From Phyllobates terribilis (taxonomy: Eukaryota): a stretch of 64,000 bases of DNA. The stretch is from positions 457,002,001 through 457,066,000 of the forward strand of contig NW_027362764.1 of the NCBI RefSeq assembly GCF_046119375.1, given 5' to 3'. Shown one piece after another: positions 35,337 through 48,258 of this stretch; the first letter of the stretch is position 1, and each line of letters starts with the position of its first letter. Under the pieces are notes generated by a model that had not been told where the DNA came from, did no database searches, and worked only from the letters and a program-made list of their open reading frames with translations. The position numbers and the translations under genes are program-made.

Positions 35337-38098
35337 CCCCTTAAGAACGGAGCCAATTATGTCCCTAATGACCGGGCCAAATTTTACAATTCTGATCAGT
35401 GACACTTTATGAAGTAATAACTCTGGAATGCTTCAACGCATCCCACTGATTCTAAGATAATTTTTTCGTGACATATTGTACTTCATGATAGAGGTAAAAT
35501 TTATTCAATAGGACTTGCGTTTACTTGTGAAAAAAATGGAAATTTGGTGAAAATTTTGCAATTTTCAAACTTTGAATTTTCATGCCCTTAAATCATAGAA
35601 ATATCTCACACAAAATAGTTAATAAATAACATTTCTCATATGTCTACTTTACATCAGAACAACTTTGGAACCAAAAGTTATAAGGGTTAAAAGTTGACCA
35701 GCGATTTCTCATTTTTCCCACAAAATTTTCAAAAATCCATTTTTTTAGGGACGACATCACATTTGAAGTGACTTTGCGGGGTCTATATGACAGAAAATGC
35801 CCAAAAGTGACACCATTCTAAAAACTGCACCCCTCAAGGTGCTCAAAACCATGTTCAAGAAGTTTATTAACCCTTCATGTGCTTCACAGGAACTGAAGCA
35901 ACATGGAAGGAAAAAATGAGCATTTAACTTTTTCTCACAAAATGTTTACTTCAGACCCAATTTTTTTTATTTTCACAAGGGTAACGAGAGAAAATGGACC
36001 ACAAAATTAGTTGTACAATTCTTCCTGAGTAAGCCGATGCCCCATATGTTGGGAAAAGAAACACTGTTTGGGCGCGCGGCAGGGTTCGGAAGGGAAGGAG
36101 CGCCATTTAACTTTTTGAATGTAAAATTTGCTTGAATAATTAGCGGATGCCATGTCGTGTTTGGGGAGCCCCTGATGTGCCTAAAAAGCGGAAACCCCAC
36201 ACAAGTGACATCATTTTGGAAACTAGACCTCTCAGGGAACTTATATAGATGTATGGTCAACACCTTGAACCCCCAGATGCTTCACAGAAGTTTATAACAT
36301 TGAGCCGTAAAAATAAAATGTTCACATTTTTCCCACAAAAATGTTTTTCAGTCTCCAATTTTGCATTTGCATAAGGGTAACAGGAGAAATTGCCCCATAC
36401 CATTTGTTGTGCAATTCCTTCTGAGTAACGCGATACCCCAAATGTGGGTAAAAAACACTGTTTGGGCACATGGCAGGGTTTGGAAGGAAAGGAGCACCAT
36501 TTGACTTTTTGAATGTAAAATTTGCTTGAATAATTAGCGGACACCATGTCGTGTTTGAGGAGCCCCTGATGTGCCTAAAAAGTGGAAACCCCACATAAGT
36601 GACCCCATTTTGGAAATTAGACCCCTCAGGGAACTTATCTAGATGTGTGACGTGTACCTTAAACTGCCAGGTGCTTCACAGAAGTTTATAATGTAGAGTC
36701 GTGAAATTAAGAAATACATTTTTTTTCCACAAAAATGTAATTTTAGCCCCAATTTTTTATTTTCACAAGGGTAACAGGAGAAAATGTACCCCAAAATTTG
36801 TTGTGCAATTGCTCCTGAGTAAGGACATACCCTATATGTAGGGAAAAACTATTGTTTGGGCGCATGGTAGGGCTTGGAAAGGAAGGAGTGACGTTTGGAA
36901 CGCAGACTTTGATGGAATGGTCTGCGGTGTCATGTCACGTTTGGAGAGCCCCTGATGTGCCTAAACAGTGGAAAACCCCAACAAGTTACCCCATTTTGGA
37001 AACTACACCCCTCAAGGAATTTATCCAGGGGTATAGTGAGCATTTTGAACCTACAAGTACTACACAGAATTTGATAACATTAGGTTGTCATACTGAAAAT
37101 TTTCATTTTTCTCACAAAAATGTAGTTTTAGCCCCAAATTTGTAATTTTTGCAATGGATAATAGAAGAGAATGGACCCTATAATTTGTTATGCTATTTCT
37201 CCCGAACGCGATGATGCCTCATATGTCATCATAAATTACTGTTAGGCCACACGTCAGGGCTGAGAAGGAAGGAGCACTATTTGGCTTTTGGAGCATAGAT
37301 TTTGGTAGAATAGTTTGTGGGCGACATTTACGGCTCCCTAAGGAGCCAGAATAGCAGAAAAAAACCCAAAAGTGACCCCATTGTAGAAATTACACAAGTC
37401 AATGAATTCATCTACTGCTGCAGTGACTATGTAACATCCACGCCAGGTTTTATTATGGAGAATTCAAATATGCCAGTTTAGCGCCCATACATTGTGCCCC
37501 CATAAAGTGTAGTGCCTCCATACATTTCTTCTGGTGTGCACTTTTTGTGTTTTTCTTTTACTTTTTTATATATTTTAACTTTTTTTTACTTCTTCACCAA
37601 GTCCCACTGTGGGACATGTGTGATTGTCACTTTGATAGCTAGTCTCATACTCTGCAGTACCTCTGTACTGCAGTGCATGAGACCTGTCAGTGAGTCACTG
37701 AACTCACTGACTCTGCCTATGAGATCCAGCTTATTGCTGGAACTCACAGGCCACTGTAGTCAGAGGATCATCACATGATCTCAGGGTACCATGGTAACCA
37801 TCGGACCCGCGATTCTCATCGCGGGGCTCCGATGGTTACTAAGGGGGTCTTGCGACCACGTAGTAAGCACTTAAATACCGCTGTCACGATTGATAGCGGT
37901 ATTTAAGGGGTTAATCGGCCCCGATCGGCTGGTGTCCATACTGTAGGGTGTCAGCTGTCACACACAGCTGACACCCGCAGGAATTGCCGCCGCCGGGCGA
38001 CACTATGCACTTATTCCACAGCGACGCATTTTTATGGAGCTGTGGAATAAGTACCCTTAATGACCGCCATAAAATGCGTTATGGCAGTCATTAAGGGG
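35337..38098. mobile_element. Large non-autonomous piggyBac-type element (2,762 bp) with internal tandem repeats
   Basis: ttaa|ccccttaa ... ttaagggg|ttta. Confidence 0.8.
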
Positions 38099-38402
38099 TT
38101 TAGATGTGTGGTGTAGTGCGCCCTTGAATCTCTCCTGTTTTCATTGAAATATTTATCGAGTGCACAAAACATGTCAGAACTGGAATTTTTAATAGAAAAG
38201 TTAGCCAACTTTCTAATATACGGCACTTTATATTCCAAATGACCTTGTTAGAACTAGATAATACATGAGCAGGTTTTTGTCCTCTGAAAGTAAACATCAG
38301 TTTTTCTATTTAACTGCAAAATAATTAAATATTTAAAATAAATATATAAAATTGCTATGTAAATATCTTAAAGGGCTTGTCCACTGTTCGAATAATTGCT
38401 TC

Positions 38403-39260
38403 TTAAAAGGAATTTGTCACTAGGTCTTTGCTACCCCATCTGAGAGCAGTATGGAGTAGAGACAAAAACCCTGAGTACAGGAAAGTATCAATTACTTTGC
38501 TGGTTACTGCAGTTTTGATTAAAGACTGTTTCATCTGCTGTAGATCTAGCAGTTCTCTAAATGCTGAGCTCAATCCCATCAGTAAATGTCGGATTTCTGT
38601 GTACACTGTGCTTAAGGAGAAAGCTATCAATGGATGATAGAGGTGGAGTTATAGAGATCTCATGAATACAGAGGACTGCATGGCAGCAGATTTAATTGTA
38701 TCCTAGTGATAAATGGCGTAATGAAAAAAGTAAAAAAAAAATGTCACAACTACTTTTTTTTGGCTACCACAACATTGCAATAGAATGCAATAACAGGCAA
38801 TCAAAACATCGTTTCTACCCCAAAATGGAATCATTAAAAACATCAGCCTAGGCTGCAAAAAATATGTCGTCACACAGCTCCATATCCTGAAAAATGAAAA
38901 TGCTACAACAATAAAAGCAAAAAAATGCTTTAATACAATGTTTTGTATCTTCATACTTGAACTGAACTCGAGAATCATATTGCCAGGTCAATTTTACCAT
39001 ATAGTGAACATGGTAAATAAAAAAAAACAATTGTGGATTTGCCTTTTTTTTTTTGCTTTTTCATCCCACTTTTTTTTGTTCTTTGTTATACTATATGGTA
39101 AAATTAATTGTGTCATTCAAAAGCACAACTAGCCTCGCAAAAAATAATCTCTCATACAGCTATATTGAAGGAAAAATTAAAAGAGTTATAGTTCTTGGAA
39201 GAAGGGTAGAAAAATGAAAATGGAAAAAAATGGAAAATGGTCCAGGGATGAAGGGGTTAA
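38403..39260. mobile_element. T2-type MITE left part fused to the right end of a piggyBac-type element
   Basis: ttaa|aaggaatttgtcac at 38403; gaagggg|ttaa at 39260; similar to the right half of 19828-21015. Confidence 0.6.
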
Positions 39261-40407
39261 AATGCAACTGACTTTTTTTCATGTATTTTTTTTCAAGCTT
39301 CACATAGAAGATTAAGAGAAAAAAAACTCTTGAGACGTATAGTAGGCAGGAGTTTTCATGAAATCGCATCCACTGTGCTTGAACATTTGGACCATGTTCT
39401 CATGAAGTGTAAATGCTGAGATTTTTTTGCACAAAAATTCTGCTGTGTTTAACTGTCCAAGCAAATCTGATGTGATTTAAAAAAACCTCTGCCCACTGAG
39501 TGCCTAAGCGGTGTGGAGAATGGTGCTGGATGGGAGATACATATTCCTTCTAGCAAGTGCCTTTCACACTGGTAAACAGGAGGGAAGTAGGTCAATACCT
39601 GGCCTGGATCTTCTCTGCTATTCCTGGTTTTTGTGGCAATGCCTGGATTGCACAGCTGCTGGTCTGAGGACAGCATAAATAGATAGCCAGAACTCCCCAC
39701 TGTATGGATGGCTGGGAAAGAGCTGAAGGCTGTTTTGTTGCAACATCAGACCTGTACGGACTGACACGTCCGAGCCCTAACCTATGTGGTGGAAACAAGC
39801 AGGACTTTTGCTTTGTCTGATGTAAGACTGTTTTTTCCTCCTGCTACCAGTGTGAATAATAACACTGAGCTTTAACTGAAAATCTGCTTGTGTCTCCTTA
39901 CTGCGTCCCTGCCATTGCCTACGAGAGCGAATCCCCACAAAGTACAGTGTTGAACTGTGCAATTTTGGTGCTTTTTTTTCTTTAGAGGTTTCTATGTGTA
40001 GCCTAAAGAAAATGCACGTAAAAAACTGCAATTACAAAATCCACATTAAAAGCGTTGCTTCACATCACTTCACCAAAACTGAATACATTAAGGGGAAAAT
40101 GCATAAAAAAATGCAGCAAAAATGCAATAACCAGAGAAGATTGTTATTGTGTAGTTTGATGCGGACACCTGGAATAAACAAAAAATAGAATTAGACTTAC
40201 CGGTAATTTGGTTTCTAAGACCCTCCACGACAGCACACCTGGAGGTAGCCTCCCCATCCTAATTAGGGACAGGAAAACAAGAGGTTAAATAGCCCCTCCC
40301 CGCTACAATCCCCAGTGTTTTCAAAGGACCACACAGTATGAATGCTCTAAATATTTATTAACACTAAGGATTTTTCCAATCAAATAAGGAAAGGGCGGGA
40401 ATTACCC

Positions 40408-40494
40408 GTGCTGTCGTGGAGGGTCTTAGAAACCGAATTACCGGTAAGTCTAATTCTATTTTCTCCAATCCCCTCCATGACAGCACACCTGGAG
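40408..40494 (-). other. DIRS internal complementary region (ICR)
   Basis: 40408 to about 40462 is the reverse complement of 40185-40238, joined through a T run to a copy of the element's other terminus (ttctccaatccc..tccatgacagca). Confidence 0.9.
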
Positions 40495-40500
40495 TAATAC

Positions 40501-41840
40501 TGTAGCACCCCGAGGACTCGGCTGCTACAGGGGTATTGCACCTCGAACCAGAGGTGTGATATTCCACTCCCGGGTAAGGATGGAGTGTGGACCGGGGCTC
40601 AGTAGGCTGCATGCACCACACACACCCCATTTCCGAGGAACAGACCAACGGTGCTCCCACTAGACAGAGTGCAGGCACGACAGCTTCTGTTCCTGGCTGG
40701 AGTGGGGAGGGGGAGGAAAACCCAGTGGTGTAGGAGCAGATAGGGGTGGGTTTCTGGGCATAGGTAGGAGCCCATTGGTTGCTAGTCACCTGGGCTCACA
40801 CATAGAGGAAGGTATATAAGGTGGGCACCATCTTAGATCAGGGTTCAGTCCGGTTCAGTTCAGAGAGGAGGAGAAGAAGAGAGGAGCTCAGCCAGAGAGG
40901 GCTGACAGGGAGCTGTGGCTCAGTCTGGGCCCAGCTCCAGAGGCAAGCCTGGAGTGGAGGCCTGAAACAGCAGAAAGAGAAAGGAGAAGGAACAGGAAGG
41001 AAAGTAAGAAAGGAACTGAAACGGAGGAGAAAGGAGGCAAGGAACACAAAGAAAGGCCCAGAGACACGAAGGCAGAAGGAACCCCATATTCCCAGAGGAG
41101 ATACTGGGTGAAGGGTTGGCAGAGCAGGGTACCGGAACCCGAATTGGTGGAGGCGACTAATCCTCAGCCAAAACCGGAGGTCGTGACCACATCTTGGTGC
41201 GACCCCTCACTACATCCACCAGAAAGGCATACCGCATAGGGTCAGGGAGACCGGAGAGAGGTTTCACCAACAGAAGGCCCGAGGAAGCTGGACAAAGGTG
41301 GGTCACTGGTGGGGACGGCCAGTAGAAAGGAAGAGAGGGGAGCTTTCAGCCACACTCTGGAATTGCTTGGGAGTTGACCGAGTCCCTCACCTGGTGGACG
41401 CAGCACGGCTCGGGCGGTCACTGCTGGCCGAAGTGACCGGAGCAACAACTGTGAGTAAAGCTTTGGAAACTGCACCACACGTCTCTGTGATTCCTTGCCG
41501 CTCCAGCACCACTAGCACTGGGACCCTCACACCATCACTACCACCATCATCCACATTAGCTGCCCTGAGGCAATACTTCTCCCGTGGGGAGTCATCCCAT
41601 ACTCAGCTGCGCAAACAACATCAGCCTCAGCGGTCTGCAGCGCAGCGGCGGTCCCCACTGACCGCAATCCACGGGTGGCGTAGTCGGACACTTATTACCA
41701 TACAAATAGACTGCCACTGGTTTGACCACCCTGGGCACGGACCGGGTCACCGCCACGGAGAACTACAACCCCCAGCGATCCGGCTCCGGGTATTCCCCCT
41801 GCACAGCAGCAGCAGCAGCACAGGCCCAGGGGGCGCGTCA
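40501..41840 (+). mobile_element. LTR-like insertion (probable Gypsy solo LTR, ~1.34 kb) between the YR stop and the ICR
   Basis: tgtagcacccc ... gggggcgcgtca (TG..CA ends); interrupts the DIRS 3' region; no clean TSD seen. Confidence 0.6.
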
Positions 41841-41857
41841 ATTTAAAAGAATGAATT

Positions 41858-44137
41858 TTAGGGAGGGACAACAGCCTGAATGACTTTCCTTCCAAATGCT
41901 AAGTCTCTATTAGATGTTACATCTAGTCTATAATGTTTAGCAAAGGTATGGACAGACAACCATGTAGCTGCCCTGCAAATCTGCTCGATGGATGCACTAG
42001 CTTTTTCCGCCCAGGAGACAGACATACTGTAGCTCTAGTAGAATGAGCTTTCAAGGATTCCGGAGGAGGCAAATCTTGAACCATGTATGCTTCACAAATT
42101 GCTTTCTTAATCCAATTTGCTAGCGTATTTTTTGCAATTTTCTTTCCTTTATTTGGGCCTCCATATTGGACAAATAAACCTGGAGGAAGGATCAGAACCT
42201 CAGTCTCCCTCAAATAGCGGATTATAGTCCTTCTTACATCCAACGTGTGGAATACTTCTTCCTTGCTATTTGATGGATTTTGACAGAATGACGGAAGAAT
42301 TATGGGCTGAGATATATGAAAATTAGACAACACTTTGGGTAGAAAAGAAGGATCCAACTGGAGGATGATCCTGTCCTCCACAATACGACAATAAGGCTCT
42401 CTGATAGACAGGGCTTGGATTTCACTCACTCTTCTGGCTGTAGCCAGAGCTATAAGCAATGCTGCTTTCCAAGACAATTTGTCTATGTGTGCCTCCGCTA
42501 TTGGCTCGAAAGTATGCATAGTTAGGCCTCTAAGAACTACGTTAAGATCCCAAGGTGGAACTATTTTAGCTCTTGTTGGATTAAAGAAGCAGCTATCATG
42601 AACCTCTTAATCCATCTGTTTTGGGCCAAATCAGCATCAAAATAGGAACTTAAAGCCGAGACTTGGACCTTCAGTGTGTTTGGTCTTAATCCTTTAGACA
42701 GACCGTCCTGTAGGAAATCCAATATTCTGGCCACGTCAGGCCGAAAAGGATCTAATTGATGAGGCTCATACCACAGCTTGAAAGCTTTCCAGATTTTTCC
42801 ATAGATGGAATTCGTGACCGGTTTTCTGCTTTTCTGCAGTGTATGGATCACCTGTACTGAGAAGCCTCTGGCTTTTAAGAGGGCGGTCTCAGAAGCCAAG
42901 CTGCTAGAGACAAATTCTGAGGGGCCGGATGGAAAATCGGGCCCTGATGCTGTAGATCGCGGATTCGAGGAAGCATCAATGAATCCTCCATTCTTAGACT
43001 GCTTAATGTTCTGAACCATGCTCTTTTTGGCCACATTGGACCTATTAGGATAGTTTTGACCCCTTCTGACCTGATTTTTTGTAAAGTCCTTGGTATTAAC
43101 GGAATCGGGGGAAAAGCATAAGCGAGCCCGACTTTCCAAGGGTGAGCGAATGCATCTATCCCTGTTGCTGAATCCTCGTGGTCCAAAGAGAAAAAGGCTC
43201 TTACTTTTGCGTTCTTCTGGTTCGCAAACAGGTCCACATCTGGGTATCCCCACTTTTGAACAATCATCTGAAATATCTTCGAGTTCAGACTCCACTCCCC
43301 TGGATGAATGTCTTTTCTGCTCAGAAGATCTGCATGATAGTTGTCGGAGCCCCTCAGGTGCAGAGCCGATAAGGACAGTTGATGCTGCTCTGCCCAGTGG
43401 AAGATTCTTTCTGAAATCATCTGTAACCTCCTGTTTCTTATACTTCCCTGATGTCTCAAATGGGCTACAGTTGTCATATTGTCCGAGTAGACTCTGACAT
43501 GCGACCCCTGAAGCAGAGAATTGGCTGCCCTTAGGGTTTCTTCCACCGCTTTCAGTTCTCTTAAGTTCGAGGACTGCTCTGCTATTTCTTGCGACCAGAC
43601 CCCTTGGAAGGCCTCGTGGGAGACTACTGCTCCCCATCCCCTTTTGCTTGCGTCTGTTTTGACAGATAACAAGGGAAGTTGAATCCAAGCTGAACCTTTC
43701 TCCAGATTTCCTGGATAGAGCCACCAATTTAAAGATACTTTCACCTTCTCTGGCAGATGAATTCTGTTGGAGAGGGAACTTGGAGATCTGTCTCAACAGG
43801 AAAGGATGTAGTTTTGAAGGACCCTTGAATGTGCCTGAGCCCAAGGTACCGCCTGAATAGATGAGGTCATGGACCTGAGGACGGACATGGCGAATGTTAA
43901 TGACACTCCGCTGCGGGTCTTTAGTGCATAGACTTTCGACCTCAACTGAATCTGCTTCTCTTTTGGCAAAAAAGAGGCTTGTTGCTGAGAATCCAGGAGA
44001 ATTCCCAAGAAGGTCTTCCTGGTGGAGGAAATCAGATCTGACTTTTTGTAGTTTATCAACCATCCCAAAGATTCCAGGATCTGGAGGGTCATCTGAAGGT
44101 CTCTTTCCAAACTTGAAACCGAGGGAGCCATCACCAA
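41858..44137 (-). pseudogene. DIRS tyrosine recombinase (ORF3), frameshifted, overlapping pol
   Basis: ILDFLQDGL..NTLKVQVSALS; ARRVSE (Arg); KAHSTR (HxxR); ATW..HY (catalytic Tyr) in a shifted frame near 41930. Confidence 0.9.
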
Positions 44138-44687
44138 AAAAATTGTCTAAATATGGGATGATGCAGATATTCTGTTTCTTTAGATAAGCTACTACCTCTG
44201 CCATGATCTTTGTAAATAGGCGGGGTGCTGACGAAATGCCGAAGGTGAGTACATTGAATTGAAAGTGAAGTAGCTCTCGGTTCTGAGTTACAGCAAATAT
44301 GAGAAATTTTCTATAATCCGGATGAATTGGCACGTGGTAGTAAGCCTCTTGCAGGTCTACTGTTGCCATGACAAATCCTTTCCCAATCAATGGAATCGTG
44401 GACTTTATCGACTCCATCTTGAACCTTCTGTATTTCACATATTGGTTGAGATGTTTCAGATTGAGGATTATCCTGTAAGAACCTGAAACCTTCCTTAGCA
44501 GAAACACCCGAGAATAGTGTCCCTCTCCTTGTTCCCTGCGAGGCACTGGTGAAATGACTCCAGAGTTTTGAAGCTTCTGAAGACCTAACATTAGGAGCCT
44601 GTGTAATCTTGTTGATGGTAAAGATGTTACCTCTATCACTCTTGGAGGGTAGGTGGTAAAGTCTATTTCTGCTCCTACCGTCACCAT
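42875..44687 (-). pseudogene. DIRS pol: reverse transcriptase, RNase H and methylase-like domain
   Basis: DLQEAYYHVPI, FG..SAPR, YLDN (YxDD mutated), frameshift in the T7 run near 44140, stop at 43793; TDAS..GWGA/ELKA/SDN (RNase H); DLFA..YAFPP. Confidence 0.92.
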
Positions 44688-44766
44688 GTCCAGTATCTTC
44701 CTGTCTGAAGATATCAGCTGCCATTGAGGAAGGAAGCTTGTAATTCTGCCTCCTACCTTCTTGGCA

Positions 44767-46196
44767 TCATTGTCTGTCCTGCCTAGAACCTTGAAAGATA
44801 TTCCTTCCTCTTCCCCCTTTTGGGTAACTCCAGCGACCAGTTTTACCCTTGCCTCTGTACTGAAATGTTTGCTGCTGTTGTTGTTGAGGGGGGAGAAATG
44901 GTCTCTTTCTGAAACTTCTTGGGTTCTTTGGCTCTGGCAGAGACTTCTTCTTCTCGGATGCTTTCTCCAACAACTCGTCTAGGACCGCCCCAAACATATA
45001 CTCTCCTTTAAATGGAATGGAACAAAGCTTAGATTTTGATGCGTTGTCCCCACTCCACATCTTCAACCACAGGGCTCTTCTCGTAGAATTCGATAATGCT
45101 GCCAATCTTGCCGCAATCTTGACCGACTCCGCTGAGGCATCAGCTAGGAATCCAGTGGCCTTCTGAAGCAAAGGAAGAGATGCTAGGAGGTCTTCTCTAG
45201 GAGTACCTTTCCAGTGATGTTCCTCTAGTTGTTGGAGCCAGAGGAACATGGAACGAGCTACACAAGTTGAAGCAAGATTAGTCTTCAGTGAAGCCGCCGA
45301 TGTTTCCTATGCCTTCCTTAGCAGACTGTCCATCTTCCTATCCATAGGATCTTTGAGCTGTGATGAGTCTTCAAAGGGAAGGGTTGTTTTCTTCGCAACC
45401 CTTGCCACCTGTACATCAACCTTCGGGACTTCCATCCAAAGCTTAGCCACCTTTTCATCTAGAGGGAATCTATCCTTCATTTCTCCTGCCATACTAAGCC
45501 TTTTCTCAGGTGACTCCCATTGATCCAAAATAAGACTCCGAATGTTGTCATGCATGGGGAACACTAACTTCTTTTTGGATTTCAGACCCCCAAACATTTC
45601 ATCCTGAACTGTATGGGTTTCCTCCTCCTCCTCCACCTGCATCGTGTCTCTCACATGCGACAACAATTCCTCCATATTCTCGGACGAAAAGTAATATTTC
45701 CTAACTTCCTCCTGATCTTCACTTAGGACCCCTTCTTCCGGTTCCTGCATAGACCCTAATTCTGAATCAGAGGTCTCCCTAACCGTATATTTTCTCCTTT
45801 TGGGGGGAGATGGACCTTCAGCTCTGGCTTGTGAAAAGGTCTGTGAGAAGGAGGCTAGGGAAGATTGTATTTCCTGCTGAACCATTCCCCTTACTTCTTC
45901 CATAAGGGAAGGCTGTTCTTCCTTCATAATGTTGTCAGTGCATTTCCGGCATAGGGGTTTCTTATGCCCTGAAGAAAGCTTTTTTCTACAGATGGCACAT
46001 TTGCAAACTGTAGTGCTTTCTCTCACTCTCGGTGCAGGATCCTTGTCTCCCTAATTAAAAATAAAAAGAGGGAGATTTAAAATATATTTAGGATCCTGCT
46101 CAAAAGAGAGTGGGGAATAACCTAGGACCTAGTACTTACTGGGGCCGGGTTAGCGCTGGGCTCTGCAGACGCACACTTTACAACAGCACCCTCCAT
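44767..46196 (-). pseudogene. DIRS gag-like ORF1 (Cys-rich N-terminus, LAP2alpha-like domain), two exons, one premature stop
   Basis: Exon 46196-46140, intron 46139-46051, exon 46050-44767 in frame; CAIC..CRKC; PKVDVQVARVAKKTTLPFEDSSQLKDPMDRK; TAG at 45307-45309. Confidence 0.82.
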
Positions 46197-47102
46197 AGTA
46201 GCAGAATATTCTGTCCTACCTTAATGGAGTCTTCTCATCTTGGTCTTTTGTAGGGGAGACCGAGATCCAGCGCCAAATTTTCACCTATTCGGTGAAAGGA
46301 TCGTCATTTTCGGGGCAAACCGCGGCTTCTCCATTTGAATTTCCCGCCGCGGCCCCCATGCGTTCCACGGTGGAACGCACCGGAAATGACGTCCCGCAGG
46401 CCGAAAGCCTTACTTCTGGCACATCCTGCATGCGCGCCGGAACGCCGTCATGGAGCACAGAGGAGACTCCGGCCGGGGAGCTACAGGAGGTCCCCAGCCC
46501 GCAAGACCCTACTCGGCTTTACCCACAGGCGCTGGCGAGTGAGGGGGTCCCGCTCTCAAGGAGACACGGGAGCTGCCAAGGAAGGCCGGAGGCGATCGCT
46601 CCCTGCAGCCCGGCAGGTAAACTTAATAGGGCCCTGCTTGCCGGCTGCAGGCACCCCAGGTAACCTCTTCATCTCATAGGGACAGGAAAACACTGGGGAT
46701 TGTAGCGGGGAGGGGCTATTTAACCTCTTGTTTTCCTGTCCCTAATTATGATGGGGAGGCTACCTCCAGGTATGCTGTCATGGAAGGGATTGGAGAAATA
46801 CAGTATTTATGCAACACCAAAAAGCCAGATGTCATATAATGAAGCTTACATAAAAGTGAGAATGTTCTGGCTGTTACATCTATGAATGAATAAAAATTAA
46901 TCCATATGTCTCAACAAGAGATGAGCATAATGTATAAAGGACATCACGCCAGGCCTGGCTAATCAAAAGCCACGCAGGAGATGCCAGAAGGTAAGAGATT
47001 CGCAGGCCTTCCTTATAGCCGCAAGGTACCACTGACCTGGACGCTGGACTTTAGTCCCATGAATCAATTTGCTTATCTCTAGTCCCAACTGTCCCAGATG
47101 TA

Positions 47103-47153
47103 CAGCAGGTAAAATAAGTATTGAACACGTCACTAATTTTCTAACTAAATATA
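47103..47153. mobile_element. Terminal fragment of a Tc1-type element
   Basis: ta|cagcaggtaaaataagtattgaacac TIR-like end, interrupted at TA by the next Tc1. Confidence 0.55.
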
Positions 47154-47860
47154 CAGTCATGGCCGAAAGTGTTGGCACCTTTGAAATTGTTCCAGAAATT
47201 GAAGCATTTCTCCCAGAAAATGATTGTAATTACACGTTTGTTATACAAATGTTTATTTCCTTTGTGTGTATTGGAACAACACAAAAAAACAGAGGAAAAA
47301 GGCAAACTGGACGTAATTTCACACAAAACCCCAAAAATGGGCCAGACAAAATTGTTGTCATCCTCAACTTAATATTTGGTTGCACACCCTTTGGAATAAA
47401 TAACTGCAATCAATCACATTCTATAACCATCAACAAGCTTCTAACACCTCTCAACTAGAATTTTGGTCCGTTATCCCTTTGAAAACTGCTCCTGATCTCT
47501 CATATTTGAAGGGTGCCTTCTCGCAACAGCAATTTTAAGATCTCTCCACAGTAGTGATGAGTGAGCATGCTGGTTTAACCCTTTAATTGAGCACGCTCCG
47601 GTGTTCGCCGAGTATTTGCGGCAAGGTCGGCATCCATGTTTGATCCTCCGTGGCTGCGTGTGTCACGGCTGTTAGACAGCTGCGACACATGCAGGGATTG
47701 CCTAACAATCAGTGTTTGATAAGGGAAGGGGGTGGGGAGAGGTAAGAGTAGCGGCGTGCTGTTATTCTAATTTTTTTTCTCTTAGCTTCATGGGTGCAGA
47801 TTCCGGCAAGCCAATCGGGACGCAGGAACCATCCACAATGACCAGACACAAGGGCTTGTG

Positions 47861-47930
47861 CCATTGGCTGCTGAAGTCACATGTCCCTCTGCATATAAAG
47901 AGCGGACATATTGTTTTAGTGCCATTTTGT
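47861..47930 (+). promoter_or_regulatory. Putative hAT internal promoter (reverse CCAAT, TATA, YY1-like site)
   Basis: ATTGG at 47863, TATAAA at 47894, GCCATTTTG at 47921; similar arrangement at about 14205-14245. Motif-only inference. Confidence 0.35.
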
Positions 47931-48258
47931 TAGTATAATAGCCAGAGAGGCTGCTCCTGACGCTGGTCCTGATATGGAGAGATTTTAAATAGCTAGGTGG
48001 TTGCTTCTAAGTCAGATAGTTTAGATAGATAGGATCCTGTGTGGCTGGGAAATCAACCTACCTTTTGCTATTAGTGAGGTCCAGACAGAGACAGCAGGGC
48101 ACATTTCAGCATAGGACTCTGTTGTGCACTGCTTATATTGTGCTCCATGCACGAGTACACCTTTGAAACTCTAATTCTTACTGTTCCTACCGTGCTACAT
48201 TAAGCATGCTACATCTGACCTTGAAATTCTTTTATGCTGAGATTCAGCTGTATCCAGG

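Larger units (their letters stand above)
40184..46798 (-). mobile_element. Full-length, defective DIRS1-type tyrosine-recombinase retrotransposon
   Basis: Inverted terminal repeats (about 46680-46798 vs 40218-40322), ICR, and gag, RT, RNase H, methylase-like and YR domains; T-rich ends without TSD. Confidence 0.95.

Noticed and set aside
39449-39800. Unique-looking segment as another host exon
   Set aside because: No LGI-like or other recognisable peptide and no convincing splice-site pair.
42561-44687. 708-aa ORF as a novel RT-recombinase fusion protein
   Set aside because: Created by a +1 frameshift in a T run joining the RT frame to the overlapping YR frame.
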